A stretch of DNA of 43,328 nt from Chthoniobacteraceae bacterium (lineage in GTDB: Bacteria > Verrucomicrobiota > Verrucomicrobiia > Chthoniobacterales > Chthoniobacteraceae): the NCBI GenBank assembly GCA_037190965.1, contig JBBCKI010000056.1, positions 1-43,328 on the forward strand, in the 5' to 3' direction. The position numbers and the translations under genes were made by a program. The notes beneath the pieces are model-generated. The model was not told the DNA's origin. It saw nothing but the letters and a program-made list of their open reading frames with translations, and ran no database searches. Below are positions 21,788 through 31,719 of this stretch, in pieces (positions within the stretch are counted from its first letter, which is position 1; each line of letters starts with the position of its first letter).

Positions 21788-22576
21788 GTGTGCGTCGTTG
21801 TGAATTTTTCTGTCCTGAAACGATTGTTGTTTCCGGTGCTCGCTCTTTTGCTGATGCCGAATTCATCCGCCCTCTCCGAAGTCTCCGCTGACCTCAACGC
21901 GTTGGTGCTCGCGCAGGTGAAAGCCATGCCGCGAGGCGGGCAATACGCCGTGACGCGGATCGCCACCAGCCGATTGCAGGAGGCCGCTTCTTTCGAGAAG
22001 GGGAAGTTGCAAGTCGCGGCGGATACCGCGACGCCGAGTTACTGCTCCGGGGCCACCTACCTTGTCTTCCTCAAGACCCTTGATGCCCTCCATCGGCAGG
22101 GACGTCTCGATCTGGACCCTGCGACGGCCAATGCGCTGATGGTGCGGGGGCAGCCCGATGGAAGGGGAATCTGGGGGCGCTGGAATGCGAACGGCCCGGG
22201 CACCGCCCGGCTCTTCCATGAACTCAAGCTGGGGCGCAATTTCGACAGCTACGAGCAGGCACGCCCGGGTGACTTCATGAAGATCTTCTGGACGAAGGAG
22301 GTCGGCAAGCACGAGCGAGGGCATTCGGTGATCTATCTGGGGCGTGAGACGGTCAACGGCGTGGAGAGCGTCCGCTTCTGGTCGAGCAACCAGCCCGACG
22401 GCTACGGAGAAAAGACGGTGCCCCGCGCCAAGATTGCTTACGCGATTTTTTCGCGGTTGGAAAACCCCGGTCTCCTGAGCCACTGGGCGGGGCTTCCCGG
22501 CTCCGACCCCTACCTGGCCAGCCTCCTTTCCACCCGGTCCTCCATTCCTGAGGCGCGTTCCAAGAGCGGTTTCTAG
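21788..22576 (+). CDS. Exported hypothetical protein with putative Cys-His catalytic pair
   Basis: Signal-like LLFPVLALLL; SYCSGATY and GHSVIY after a PGDF motif; start uncertain. Confidence 0.6.
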   Translation: MCVVVNFSVLKRLLFPVLALLLMPNSSALSEVSADLNALVLAQVKAMPRGGQYAVTRIATSRLQEAASFEKGKLQVAADTATPSYCSGATYLVFLKTLDALHRQGRLDLDPATANALMVRGQPDGRGIWGRWNANGPGTARLFHELKLGRNFDSYEQARPGDFMKIFWTKEVGKHERGHSVIYLGRETVNGVESVRFWSSNQPDGYGEKTVPRAKIAYAIFSRLENPGLLSHWAGLPGSDPYLASLLSTRSSIPEARSKSGF

Positions 22577-22634
22577 GACTAGAAGAGGCCGGGCTTGCAA
22601 TTCCCCCCGGCATCGCCTCAAAAATGGGTTGTTC

Positions 22635-23744
22635 ATGAAAATTATCGACCGTTACGTCGGCAAGGAAATCCTCGTTGCTTCGTTTTTTGGCGTGGCGGTC
22701 CTCAGTCTCGTCCTGGTGCTGGGCAACGTCTTCAAGCAGTTGCTCGACCTCCTGGTGAACCATGATGTCCCGGTCGAGTACATCCTGAGCTTCATCGGCT
22801 ACATCCTCCCGTTTTCGCTGACCTTCACCATCCCGTGGGGATTTCTCACCGCCGTGCTGCTGGTCTTCGGGAAGCTCTCGGCGGAGAACGAGTTGATCGC
22901 GTTCCGTTCCAGCGGCGTCAGCATGTCGCGGCTTTGCGCCTCGGTGGGCGTCATCGCGGTGGCGTTCTGCGCGATCTGCCTCTACATCAACGTCCGCGTG
23001 GCCCCGGCGGCGCAGGAGAAAATGAAGGCGACGCTTTTCCATATCGCCACCAGCAACCCCCTGGCGATGTTCGGGAGCGACCAGGTGATCGACGAATTCC
23101 CCGGGAAGAAGATTTACGTCGAACGGAAAGAGGGGACGTCGCTTTTCAATATTCTCGTCTACAACCTCGGGGATAAAGGGGAGCCGGTGAGGGTCGTGCA
23201 TGCGCATCGCGGCGAGCTTCAGACCGATCTTGTCAACAAGCAGGTGCTGATGCGTCTGATCGACGCACGTTACGAGGAGCGGGACGAATCCGCCCCCAAT
23301 GACCTCACCAAAATCCGGCAGGGCATCACGATCAAGGAGGGAACCTTCCCGATTTCATTGCAGGAGCTTTACGAGAAGAACAAGCGCCGCCGGAATGTGG
23401 GGCAGCGGACGCTCGAGGAATTGCTCAAGCTAGATGAGACCACCAGCACCGAGCAGGAGCGCACCGCCGCGCTTACCGAGGTCAACAAGCGGTTCTCGTT
23501 TTCGTTTGCCTCCCTCGCTTTTGCGTTGGTCGGGGTGCCTCTGGCGATTACCGCGCACCGCAAGGAGACCTCCATCGGGTTTTTGTTCTCCCTGATGGTG
23601 GCGTTCGTCTACTTCTTCTTCATCATTCTGGCGAACACCGTCCGCGACAATCCCAAGTTCCATCCCGAATTGCTTATCTGGTCGCCCAACGTGATTTTCA
23701 TCGGGCTGGGGATCTGGCTTTTCCGGCGGCTCTCGAAGAAATAA
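22635..23744 (+). CDS. LptF/LptG family LPS export permease
   Basis: MKIIDRYV, GKLSAENELIAFRSSGVS, ALVGVPLAI, LIWSPN. Confidence 0.9.
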   Translation: MKIIDRYVGKEILVASFFGVAVLSLVLVLGNVFKQLLDLLVNHDVPVEYILSFIGYILPFSLTFTIPWGFLTAVLLVFGKLSAENELIAFRSSGVSMSRLCASVGVIAVAFCAICLYINVRVAPAAQEKMKATLFHIATSNPLAMFGSDQVIDEFPGKKIYVERKEGTSLFNILVYNLGDKGEPVRVVHAHRGELQTDLVNKQVLMRLIDARYEERDESAPNDLTKIRQGITIKEGTFPISLQELYEKNKRRRNVGQRTLEELLKLDETTSTEQERTAALTEVNKRFSFSFASLAFALVGVPLAITAHRKETSIGFLFSLMVAFVYFFFIILANTVRDNPKFHPELLIWSPNVIFIGLGIWLFRRLSKK

Positions 23745-23752
23745 GCCGGCAA

Positions 23753-23884
23753 GGTAGCCCGCTCGCGCCGTCGAGCGCGGGTATCGGCTCCCGTGGCTTC
23801 ATAAGGGGCCTCCCCGTCCTGCGGGGATGGGCGCCAAACGCGACTCTTCATCCATCCCGCGCTCGACGGCGCGAGCGGACTACC
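23753..23884 (-). repeat. REPIN-like copy 5 (no cap, internally shortened)
   Basis: 132-bp core versus 144-148 bp in the other complete copies; both GTAG-REP arms intact. Confidence 0.93.
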
Positions 23885-23918
23885 GGGAAGGGTCGCATTC
23901 GCGTGAATTTCAGACCGC

Positions 23919-24983
23919 GTGACAGAATCTTTGATTCCCGGTGGCTTTGAGGTAAAGTGGTCGCTCGTGGTCAACCCTTTTGACAAGCTCCGTGACGCGG
24001 CAAAGAAGCGTTTTCCCAAAGCGGAAAAGGCTTCTTCCGGTGCGAAAAGTCCTTCCGGCCCCAAAAAGGAGGGAGCGCAAACCAAGCTGATTTTGCCCGG
24101 GGATGCCAAACAGGTGGGTCTCAAGCCGTCGACCGGATGGCACAAGCGGAATTTCCTGACAAAGGTTCTCATCCCTTCGCTTTTCATGCCCCGGTCGGGC
24201 GAGCAATTCAGCCCGCTTTATCCGGCTTTGAAGGAGGAGGAGATCGGCGTCACCTGGATCGGTCACGCCTCCTTCCTGATCCAGACCTCAGGCGGGAATC
24301 TTCTGGTGGACCCAAACTGGGCGAAGTGGCTCAAGGTCATCAAGCGCATCCGGCACCCCGGGATGCCGATCCATGATCTCCCCGCCATTGATCTGGTGCT
24401 CGTGACTCATGCTCATTTCGACCATCTTGATCGGCGTTCGCTCCGGTTGGTCGCCGAGGATCAGCCGATTGTCGTTCCCTTCGAGGTGGGCAATCTTGTT
24501 CATGATCTCGGCTTTCGGAGTGTTCATGAGCTTCATTACTGGCAACAGTTCCAGCACGGGCCCGCGAGGATCACCCTGACCCCCTGTCACCATTGGGGCG
24601 CACGGATTCTGCACGATTCACACCGGGGCTTCGGCGGGTACATCATCGAGATTGGTGGGCGCACCATTTACCATTGCGGTGACACCGCGTTTTTCGACGG
24701 CTTCAAGGAAATCGGGCAACGGTTTAACATTGATCTCGCTCTTCTCCCCATCGGCGCTTACGACCCGCCGAGCGGACGCGAGGTGCATATGAATCCTGAG
24801 GAGGCGGTCAAGGCGTTCCTTGATCTGGGCGCGCGCCAGATGGTGCCGATGCACTACGGCTCCTTTCGACTCAGCTACGAACCGCCGGATGAGCCTCTTG
24901 CCCGCCTGCACGCAGCCGCGCGCGATCACGGCATTGCGGACCGCATCGCGGTCATGACCGAGGGGCAGCCCCTGGTTTTTTAA
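23919..24983 (+). CDS. Metallo-beta-lactamase-fold hydrolase (NAPE-PLD/UlaG-like)
   Basis: TWIGHASFLI, THAHFDH, YHCGDT, LPIGAY, HMNPEEA, PMHYG; start uncertain. Confidence 0.88.
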   Translation: MTESLIPGGFEVKWSLVVNPFDKLRDAAKKRFPKAEKASSGAKSPSGPKKEGAQTKLILPGDAKQVGLKPSTGWHKRNFLTKVLIPSLFMPRSGEQFSPLYPALKEEEIGVTWIGHASFLIQTSGGNLLVDPNWAKWLKVIKRIRHPGMPIHDLPAIDLVLVTHAHFDHLDRRSLRLVAEDQPIVVPFEVGNLVHDLGFRSVHELHYWQQFQHGPARITLTPCHHWGARILHDSHRGFGGYIIEIGGRTIYHCGDTAFFDGFKEIGQRFNIDLALLPIGAYDPPSGREVHMNPEEAVKAFLDLGARQMVPMHYGSFRLSYEPPDEPLARLHAAARDHGIADRIAVMTEGQPLVF

Positions 24984-25022
24984 TTTTACCTCTCATTCCA
25001 GCCTCGCCGGGTTATTGGGCAA

Positions 25023-25074
25023 TACTTGGTCAAGTAAGGGTATTTTTAGACAATTTGGATTGCCATTGATCAAG
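25023..25074. promoter_or_regulatory. Candidate paired operator sites upstream of the regulator
   Basis: Palindrome TACTTG-GT-CAAGTA (25023-25036) and related TTGATCAAG (25066-25074). Confidence 0.35.
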
Positions 25075-25129
25075 GGTTGGATCAGTCTCGCTGCATTCTT
25101 TCAGATTCCGGGAATGATCTCGGCTTCAG

Positions 25130-26305
25130 ATGAACGAGAATTCTTCATCCAGAAAACCTTCAGAGAAGGTTCGTCAATTCCTGGTCAAAAAGGGAAATAT
25201 TGGCGAATTGACGCCCGGTACACGTTTGCCCACGGCTGAGGAACTCGCCGCTTTACTCAACGTAAGCGCGGGGACGGTCAAGAACGTCTATCGGGCATTG
25301 TCCCAGGAAGGGCGGGTCAAGACTCAGGTTGGAGTCGGCTCGTTTTGGATGGAATCTCCCGGCACCGCTCCGAAGTCCTATCGGATCGGGTTTGTCATGG
25401 TTGGCAATGGCTTGCCTGTCAGCGATGATTGGTGGACTCGGAACCGCTGGAGCGGAGATATCTTCGGCGGGATTCTTAAGCGAAAGCTGGAGTGCGGTCT
25501 CAATCTCTCGTTGGAGCTATGTGAGGCGCGCGAGAATCAGCAGGAAGAAGGCGGGTTCGACGCGATGATCGACCTCACTTTGAGACCGAACCGGCCTGAG
25601 AGCAATAATGGCGACGGCCGGATCGAGCGAGGCAGGCTACCGCTGGTCGTTCATTTGAATCCGCCCTACGATCAGGCGTGCGTGAATTTTGTTTCGCCCG
25701 ATTACTTCGTTTGCAGCCGGGTACTCGGCGAGGCTTGGCGTCAAACGGGGCGTCGCCGCATCCTTTATGTGACCACCGGCCCATTGGATAATTCGGTCTC
25801 CTCGCGGGTGCGCTACAGCGGACTCCTTTGCGGGCTGGGAGAGGCCATCGGAGAGGGAGTCGAGGTCAAAATTTTCCATGCACGGAATAGTGGGGTGGAC
25901 GGTGGGATGGGAATCGCCGGAATGATGGAAGAAACCGGGTGGATTCCCGACGCGGTTTATTGCGGGGGCGACATCCTTGCACGGGGCGTGGTGCAGGCGC
26001 TTTCTGCCCGTGGGCTTTCGATTCCCGATGAAGTCAGCGTCGTGGGCGGGTGTAAAACGGAATCCGTTTCCGCGGATCTGTTACCGATGACCAGCATGGC
26101 TCATCCCCTCCGAAACGTCGGTTCTGCGCTGCTGGATATGGTTCTTCTCCGTCTGGAACGGGGTGGCCAGGACGTGCCCGGCGTCATCCAGCCGGTGCCA
26201 TTTTCCATCGGAATGACCACGCGCGCCGAGGAGAACGAGATCCTCGCCAAGCATTCGCGCCAAGTCCTTGCCAACGCGCCCTCGGGCGCGGAGTTGCTGC
26301 TTTGA
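25130..26305 (+). CDS. Transcriptional regulator: GntR wHTH plus LacI-type effector domain
   Basis: GTRLPTAEELAALLNVSAGTV...LSQEG...GVGSF; C-terminal PDAVYCGGD...SIPDEVSVVG. Confidence 0.88.
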   Translation: MNENSSSRKPSEKVRQFLVKKGNIGELTPGTRLPTAEELAALLNVSAGTVKNVYRALSQEGRVKTQVGVGSFWMESPGTAPKSYRIGFVMVGNGLPVSDDWWTRNRWSGDIFGGILKRKLECGLNLSLELCEARENQQEEGGFDAMIDLTLRPNRPESNNGDGRIERGRLPLVVHLNPPYDQACVNFVSPDYFVCSRVLGEAWRQTGRRRILYVTTGPLDNSVSSRVRYSGLLCGLGEAIGEGVEVKIFHARNSGVDGGMGIAGMMEETGWIPDAVYCGGDILARGVVQALSARGLSIPDEVSVVGGCKTESVSADLLPMTSMAHPLRNVGSALLDMVLLRLERGGQDVPGVIQPVPFSIGMTTRAEENEILAKHSRQVLANAPSGAELLL

Positions 26306-26327
26306 TACTCCTTTAATCGACATTCCT

Positions 26328-27365
26328 ATGACCACTAGCCAATCCCCAATTCCTGTTGCCATCGTCGCGCTTGGCCGCGCCGGCTGGCATTTGCATCTGG
26401 AGCCGATTTCGAAGATTTCGGGTTTCAAGATCGTTGCCGTTGCCGATCCCGTCGCCGAGCGTCGGGAAGAAGCCGCCAAGCTCACCGGCTGCCGCACGTT
26501 TGAAAACATCGATGACTTGCTGAAGGAAACCGAAGCGCAAGTCGTCGTCGTGGCCACCCCATCTTCGCTGCATTATGCGGAGGCGCTTAAAGTTCTCAAT
26601 TCGGGCAGGCACTGCATTCTCGAAAAGCCGATCGCCATGAACGCCTGCGAGGCCAATGAGATCGTGGAACTCGCCCGGCAAAAGAATCTCAAGCTTTTCG
26701 TTAACCACTCCTTCCTCCATAAGGCCGAGATTCATCATTTCCAGAAGATCATCGAGAGCAACATTCTGGGGCCGATCTTCGAGGTTCGCGCTTTTTGGAC
26801 GAATTATGCGCGGCGGTGGGATTGGCAGACTCTCAAGAAAAACGGCGGTGGCCAGTTGAATAATACCTGCCCGCACGTTCTGTCAGTGGTCCTTCCGCTG
26901 CTGGGCGCGCCGGTGGAGCATGTCCATGCCGATCTCCGCAACATCAAGGATGCCGGGGATGCCGAAGACCATGTGCATCTCGTTCTGCGCGCACAGAACG
27001 GGACGACGGCGGATATCGTCGTTACGAGCGCCATCGCCTACACGGGCGGGCCGCGCTGGATGCTTTGCGGCCGCTACGGAACGCTGACCAGCGACGGTAC
27101 GGTGAGCAAGGTGCGTTACTACGATCCCGCAAAAGCCACGCCGCTGGAGGTGCTCGACACCGCCGCGCCCGGGCGCCAGTACCTCAGTGAGACGCTCCCC
27201 TGGGAGGAGAAGGAAATCCCGGTGGAACCCGCACCCGTCAAGGCGTTTCACGAGAACATCTACGACGTTCTTGCCTCCGGGGCCCCTCAGGTCATCACGC
27301 CGGAAAGCGCCGCCGAAGTTGTCCGCATCACGGAACTGGCTCACACCGCAGCGGCCCGCGCCTGA
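26328..27365 (+). CDS. Gfo/Idh/MocA family oxidoreductase
   Basis: ALGRAG, VVVATP..LH, ILEKP, GGGQLNNTCPH. Confidence 0.9.
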   Translation: MTTSQSPIPVAIVALGRAGWHLHLEPISKISGFKIVAVADPVAERREEAAKLTGCRTFENIDDLLKETEAQVVVVATPSSLHYAEALKVLNSGRHCILEKPIAMNACEANEIVELARQKNLKLFVNHSFLHKAEIHHFQKIIESNILGPIFEVRAFWTNYARRWDWQTLKKNGGGQLNNTCPHVLSVVLPLLGAPVEHVHADLRNIKDAGDAEDHVHLVLRAQNGTTADIVVTSAIAYTGGPRWMLCGRYGTLTSDGTVSKVRYYDPAKATPLEVLDTAAPGRQYLSETLPWEEKEIPVEPAPVKAFHENIYDVLASGAPQVITPESAAEVVRITELAHTAAARA

Positions 27366-27422
27366 TTTTGCGCCAATTCTTTCACCATCCAATCAACGCC
27401 CGTAACCTCTAAAAAACCTGCA

Positions 27423-28325
27423 ATGAATCCATTGAGAATCGCCATGGTCGGTCTGGATACCTCCCATGTCGTTGCCTTCGCCAAGATATTCCATGATACC
27501 TCCAACCCTTATCACGTGCCGGGCGTTCGCGTCGTAGCCGCCTATCCGGGCGGTTCGCCCGATTTTGACCTGAGCATCAACCGTGTTGAAGGTTTCACCA
27601 ATGACCTGCGGGACAATCACGGCGTCAAGATTGTCGACAGCATCGCCCAGCTCAAAGGCGAGAGCGATGTGATCTTCCTGGAATCCGTGGATGGCCGGGT
27701 GCATCTCGAACAGTTCCGGGAGATTGCGGAATGGGGGCTGCCGGTGTTCATCGACAAGCCGCTTTCCGCGTCTTCCGCCGATGCCAGAGCCATCGCGGAG
27801 CTTGCCGCGCGTCACAACGTTCGTGTCTTGACCTCGTCGGCCGTACGCTTCGGCGAGTCGCTCCAGAATGCGTTGAAAGACGAAGAGGGAGGCGCGATTA
27901 CCGGGGGCGACTTCTACGGGCCCATGGCCTTGGTGGACAAGCTGCCGGGCTACTATTGGTACGGCATTCACGCCGCCGAGATGCTCTACGCCACGCTCGG
28001 CGCAGGGTGCCGCGAAGTGCAGGCTTTCCGGCAGGGAGACTACGATGTCATCATCGGCAAATGGGCCGATGGCCGCATCGGCACGATTCGCGGCAACCGC
28101 ACCGGCAATAATGGTTTTGGCGGGATCGTCCACCGCGAGAAGAAGAGCCGCGAGGTTATCCTCGCCGCCGACGCGAAGCCCTTTTATGCGGGGCTTCTTG
28201 AGGCGGTCCTTCGCTTTATCAACGGCGAAGTGGTGATCGCATTGGATGAATCGGTGGAGTTGATGCGCTTTCTCGAAGCCGCTAACGAAAGCGTGGCGTG
28301 CGGTGGTAAGAGCGTTGCTCTGTAG
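27423..28325 (+). CDS. Gfo/Idh/MocA family oxidoreductase
   Basis: MVGLDTSH, VFIDKP, YWYGIH. Confidence 0.85.
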   Translation: MNPLRIAMVGLDTSHVVAFAKIFHDTSNPYHVPGVRVVAAYPGGSPDFDLSINRVEGFTNDLRDNHGVKIVDSIAQLKGESDVIFLESVDGRVHLEQFREIAEWGLPVFIDKPLSASSADARAIAELAARHNVRVLTSSAVRFGESLQNALKDEEGGAITGGDFYGPMALVDKLPGYYWYGIHAAEMLYATLGAGCREVQAFRQGDYDVIIGKWADGRIGTIRGNRTGNNGFGGIVHREKKSREVILAADAKPFYAGLLEAVLRFINGEVVIALDESVELMRFLEAANESVACGGKSVAL

Positions 28326-28342
28326 CCTGATTTTCAGGTCAT

Positions 28343-28377
28343 AAAAAAACGGCGCGGTTTCCCGCGCCGTTTTTTTT
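28343..28377. terminator. Bidirectional intrinsic terminator
   Basis: aaaaaaacggcgcgg-tttc-ccgcgccgtttttttt between convergent genes. Confidence 0.9.
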
Positions 28378-28389
28378 GCAAAAAGAAGC

Positions 28390-28995
28390 TTACTTCATCT
28401 TGGCGTTGAACTCCGCGATGCGGTCCGCCTTGGCGGCGAAGAGTTCGTCCACGGAGTCGAGGATTTCCACGCCCTCGATCTTGTCGCCCTTGGCAATGGA
28501 ATCGACGACGTCCTGACCCTTGGTCACCACGCCGAAGATCGTGTGCCTGCCATTAAGGTGAGGGGTGGGGACATGGGTGATGAAGAACTGCGAGCCGTTG
28601 GTGCCGGGGCCCGCGTTGGCCATGGCGAGGTAGCCCGGCTTGTCGAAGCGAAGCTCCGGCACGCACTCATCTTCAAACTTGTAGCCACGATCCCCCATGC
28701 CGGTGCCCGTGGGATCACCGCCCTGGATCATGAAGCCCGCGATCACGCGATGGAAAACGACACCGTCGTATTTTCCTTTTTGGGAGAGGTTCAGAAAGCT
28801 GGCAACGGTGACGGGAGCCTTGCTCGGGAGGAGCGTCAGGTCGATGTTCCCTTTGGTGGTTTTAAGGACGATGCGGATGTCTTTCATGTTCGGGTTGTTT
28901 TCTGTTTTAACTGACGTGGTTGGCGTATTGTCGCAGGCTGGCAATGCGAGAGCGAGAGCCATCGCAACAAGCCTGCCTAATTGACGAAGGATCAT
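28390..28995 (-). CDS. Cyclophilin-type peptidyl-prolyl isomerase, probable lipoprotein
   Basis: [42 protein letters not shown]; lipobox-like LPAC. Confidence 0.93.
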   Translation of the reverse strand: MILRQLGRLVAMALALALPACDNTPTTSVKTENNPNMKDIRIVLKTTKGNIDLTLLPSKAPVTVASFLNLSQKGKYDGVVFHRVIAGFMIQGGDPTGTGMGDRGYKFEDECVPELRFDKPGYLAMANAGPGTNGSQFFITHVPTPHLNGRHTIFGVVTKGQDVVDSIAKGDKIEGVEILDSVDELFAAKADRIAEFNAKMK

Positions 28996-29178
28996 GGTGC
29001 GCGAAACGTAGAGGCCGCTGCGCAAATTGTCCACTCCCGGAAAAAAATGAATCGCTTTCGCCCATGAAACAGAGAAAGAAAACGCGCAAGCAAAATACGT
29101 AAAATTAAGTCGCGAAAATTGAGGCAAAAAAGTTGTCCTGCGTCGCTTTTGAGGCCACTAATTCCGTGCAACACACTC

Positions 29179-30069
29179 ATGGCAACTCCACCGACCACCG
29201 TAAAACTTGGCCTCATCCAGATGAGATGCTCGGCTAATCCGGATGAAAACCTCGCCAAAGCCGTCGGCAAGATTGGCGAGGCGGCCCGTCTTGGGGCCAA
29301 CATCGTCTGTCTGCAGGAACTCTTCCGCTCCGTCTATTTCTGCCAGGTGGAAGACCACGACTACTTCAAGCTCGCGGAGTCGATTCCCGGCCCTTCCACG
29401 GACGCGATCTGCGCCGCGGCCAAAGAGCACGGCGTGGTGGTGATTGCCTCGTTGTTCGAAAAACGCGCCCCGGGGGTTTACCACAACACCGCCGTGATCA
29501 TCGACGCCGACGGCACCATGCTCGGCAAGTATCGGAAGATGCACATCCCCGACGATCCGCTTTTCCTGGAGAAGTTTTACTTCACCCCGGGGGACCTCGG
29601 CTTTCGCGCGTGGGAAACCCGCTTTGGAAAAATCGGCGTCTGTGTCTGCTGGGACCAATGGTATCCCGAGGCTGCCCGGCTCACCGCCCTGCGTGGCGCA
29701 CAGATTCTATTTTACCCCACGGCGATCGGCTGGCATCCCGCCGAGAAGGCCGAGTATGGCGAACGCCAGCACGATTCCTGGGAGACGATCCAGCGTTCGC
29801 ACGCCATCGCCAACGGCTGCTATGTCGCGGTTCCCAATCGTGTCGGCCATGAGGCACCCGATGGAGGCCCCGGCATCGAATTCTGGGGACAAAGTTTTGT
29901 CGCCGATCCGAGCGGACGCATCATGGCCAAGGCCAGTGTCTCTGATGAAGAAATTTTGATAACCCAAGTCGATCTCGCAATGCTTGACCAACAAAGGACG
30001 CATTGGCCATTTTTGAGGGATCGCCGTATTGACGCCTACCAGGGATTGGAGCAGCGTTTTATTGATTAG
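29179..30069 (+). CDS. aguB: N-carbamoylputrescine amidase (nitrilase family)
   Basis: CLQELF, YRKMHIPD, EKFYFTPGD, VCWDQWYPE; adjacent to agmatine deiminase. Confidence 0.9.
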   Translation: MATPPTTVKLGLIQMRCSANPDENLAKAVGKIGEAARLGANIVCLQELFRSVYFCQVEDHDYFKLAESIPGPSTDAICAAAKEHGVVVIASLFEKRAPGVYHNTAVIIDADGTMLGKYRKMHIPDDPLFLEKFYFTPGDLGFRAWETRFGKIGVCVCWDQWYPEAARLTALRGAQILFYPTAIGWHPAEKAEYGERQHDSWETIQRSHAIANGCYVAVPNRVGHEAPDGGPGIEFWGQSFVADPSGRIMAKASVSDEEILITQVDLAMLDQQRTHWPFLRDRRIDAYQGLEQRFID

Positions 30070-30082
30070 TCTGCCGCCCCCT

Positions 30083-31189
30083 ATGACCTCGTCTGCCAAC
30101 TCACCAGAACTACCGGTATCTCCCGAGCCCGGATCCGTCACTCCCCAAACACCTGCTCAACTCGGGTATCGAATGCCCGCAGAATGGGAGCCGCACGAAG
30201 CCACCTGGCTCTCGTGGCCACGCCGCGACGGGATCAGCTTCCCCGGCGCGTTCGACACCATCCCGCCCGTGCTGGCCAAGATGGTCGACGCTCTTGCCGA
30301 CTCCGAGCGTGTTTGCATCAACGTCGGCGGGCCGGAGCACGAACGCGAAGTGCGCGACGCGCTACGGAAACACCGCGCCCGGTCGCAGCATGTCAGCTTT
30401 TACCACATCCCGACCAACGAACCGTGGTGCCGCGATCACGGGCCGATCTTCCTAACGCGCCCGAACGATCCCAAGCCGGTCATCGTCGATTGGGATTACA
30501 ACGCGTGGGGCTGGAAGTACCCGCCCTTCGATCTCGATGACGTCGTGCCGACCGAGATAGGGCGCATCCTCGGGCTGGAAGTTTTCAACCCCGGCATCGT
30601 CATGGAGGGCGGCTCCATCGACGTCAACGGCGCGGGGTCGATGCTCACCACGCGCTCCTGCCTTCTCAACCCGAACCGCAACCCCGATCTCTCCATCAAG
30701 GAGATCGAGCAGAAGTTGCGCGACTACTTCGGAGTCACCAACATCCTGTGGCTGGGCGACGGGATCGAAGGCGATGACACCGACGGCCATGTCGACGACA
30801 TCACCCGTTTCGTTAGCCGCACCGCCGTGGTGACCTGCGTGGAGGATCAGGAGGACGATCCCAACTACGAGCCGTTGCAGGAGAATCTTGCGAAGCTCCG
30901 CGAGATGGACGCCGAAGACGGCACACCGCTCGAAGTCCATGCGCTCCCGATGCCCGGCAAGATTGTCCGCGACGGCCAGCGGCTCCCCGCCAGCTATGCG
31001 AACTTCTACATCGCCAACAAAGTCGTGCTCCTGCCGACCTTTGGCGACAGCGCGGACGGTTGGGCGTCGTCGGTTCTGCAAACCGTTTTTCCAACCCGGA
31101 AGGTGATCGGGATCGACTGCCGTGATCTGATCTGGGGCTTGGGGGCGTTTCACTGCCTCACCCAGCAGCAGCCCAAAGTTCAGGGTTGA
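30083..31189 (+). CDS. aguA: Agmatine deiminase family protein
   Basis: RMPAEWEPH, WCRDHGP, EGGSI, DDTDGHVDD, ASYANF, GAFHCLTQQQP. Confidence 0.93.
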   Translation: MTSSANSPELPVSPEPGSVTPQTPAQLGYRMPAEWEPHEATWLSWPRRDGISFPGAFDTIPPVLAKMVDALADSERVCINVGGPEHEREVRDALRKHRARSQHVSFYHIPTNEPWCRDHGPIFLTRPNDPKPVIVDWDYNAWGWKYPPFDLDDVVPTEIGRILGLEVFNPGIVMEGGSIDVNGAGSMLTTRSCLLNPNRNPDLSIKEIEQKLRDYFGVTNILWLGDGIEGDDTDGHVDDITRFVSRTAVVTCVEDQEDDPNYEPLQENLAKLREMDAEDGTPLEVHALPMPGKIVRDGQRLPASYANFYIANKVVLLPTFGDSADGWASSVLQTVFPTRKVIGIDCRDLIWGLGAFHCLTQQQPKVQG

Positions 31190-31428
31190 TCCCGGGGCGA
31201 TTGAGGATGATGGCCCCCGGCGCGTTATTACGCCCGGGGCGGGTTCTCTTGTGGGAACGATTCAAGTCACGTAGAGTCGCGGATGGGTGCTCAAATTCAT
31301 GTCCCGGACGCCCAGACTTTCGGATTTGGAATAGTGGTTCTTCTTTGTTTCAGTGGAATCCAAGGTGTCGAGCAATAGCCCAATGGAGGATCACACGGAA
31401 TGTATGGGAGAAAGTTATCAAAAGAAAA

Positions 31429-31591
31429 ATGGTGCGGCAGCATCGGTAGCACGCTCGCGCCGTCGAGCGCGGGGTCCGGCTGCCGTGGCTTCATAGAACC
31501 TCATCCCAACACCAGCAGCCCGTCCTGCGGGGAATGGGCGCCGAACGCGACTCTTCACCGATCCCGCGCTCGGCGGCGCGAGCGGACTACC
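31429..31591 (-). repeat. REPIN-like copy 6
   Basis: Cap 31429-31444 preceded by an A-tract, core 31445-31591. Confidence 0.95.
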
Positions 31592-31680
31592 TATCCTCCA
31601 CTGTCGATTTTCAGCGTTCCTCCGGGCTCGCAAATCCATTGGAAATAGCGAGGAACGATTTGAAGCATCGGCGTACGTCC

Positions 31681-31709
31681 TTGCAAGCCGTCCGGCCGTT
31701 CTATAGGCT
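31681..31709 (+). promoter_or_regulatory. Candidate sigma70-like promoter
   Basis: TTGCAA-17nt-TAGGCT, ending 10 nt before ATG 31720. Confidence 0.4.
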
Positions 31710-31719
31710 GGGCGGCCTT

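Noticed and set aside
23919..24983. Beta-lactamase resistance gene
   Set aside because: Motifs (WIGHAS, LPIGAY, HMNPEEA) fit NAPE-PLD/UlaG-like hydrolases, not class B beta-lactamases
29030..29150. AT-rich patch as foreign DNA
   Set aside because: Short and lies between divergent cyclophilin and aguB starts; best explained as promoter DNA
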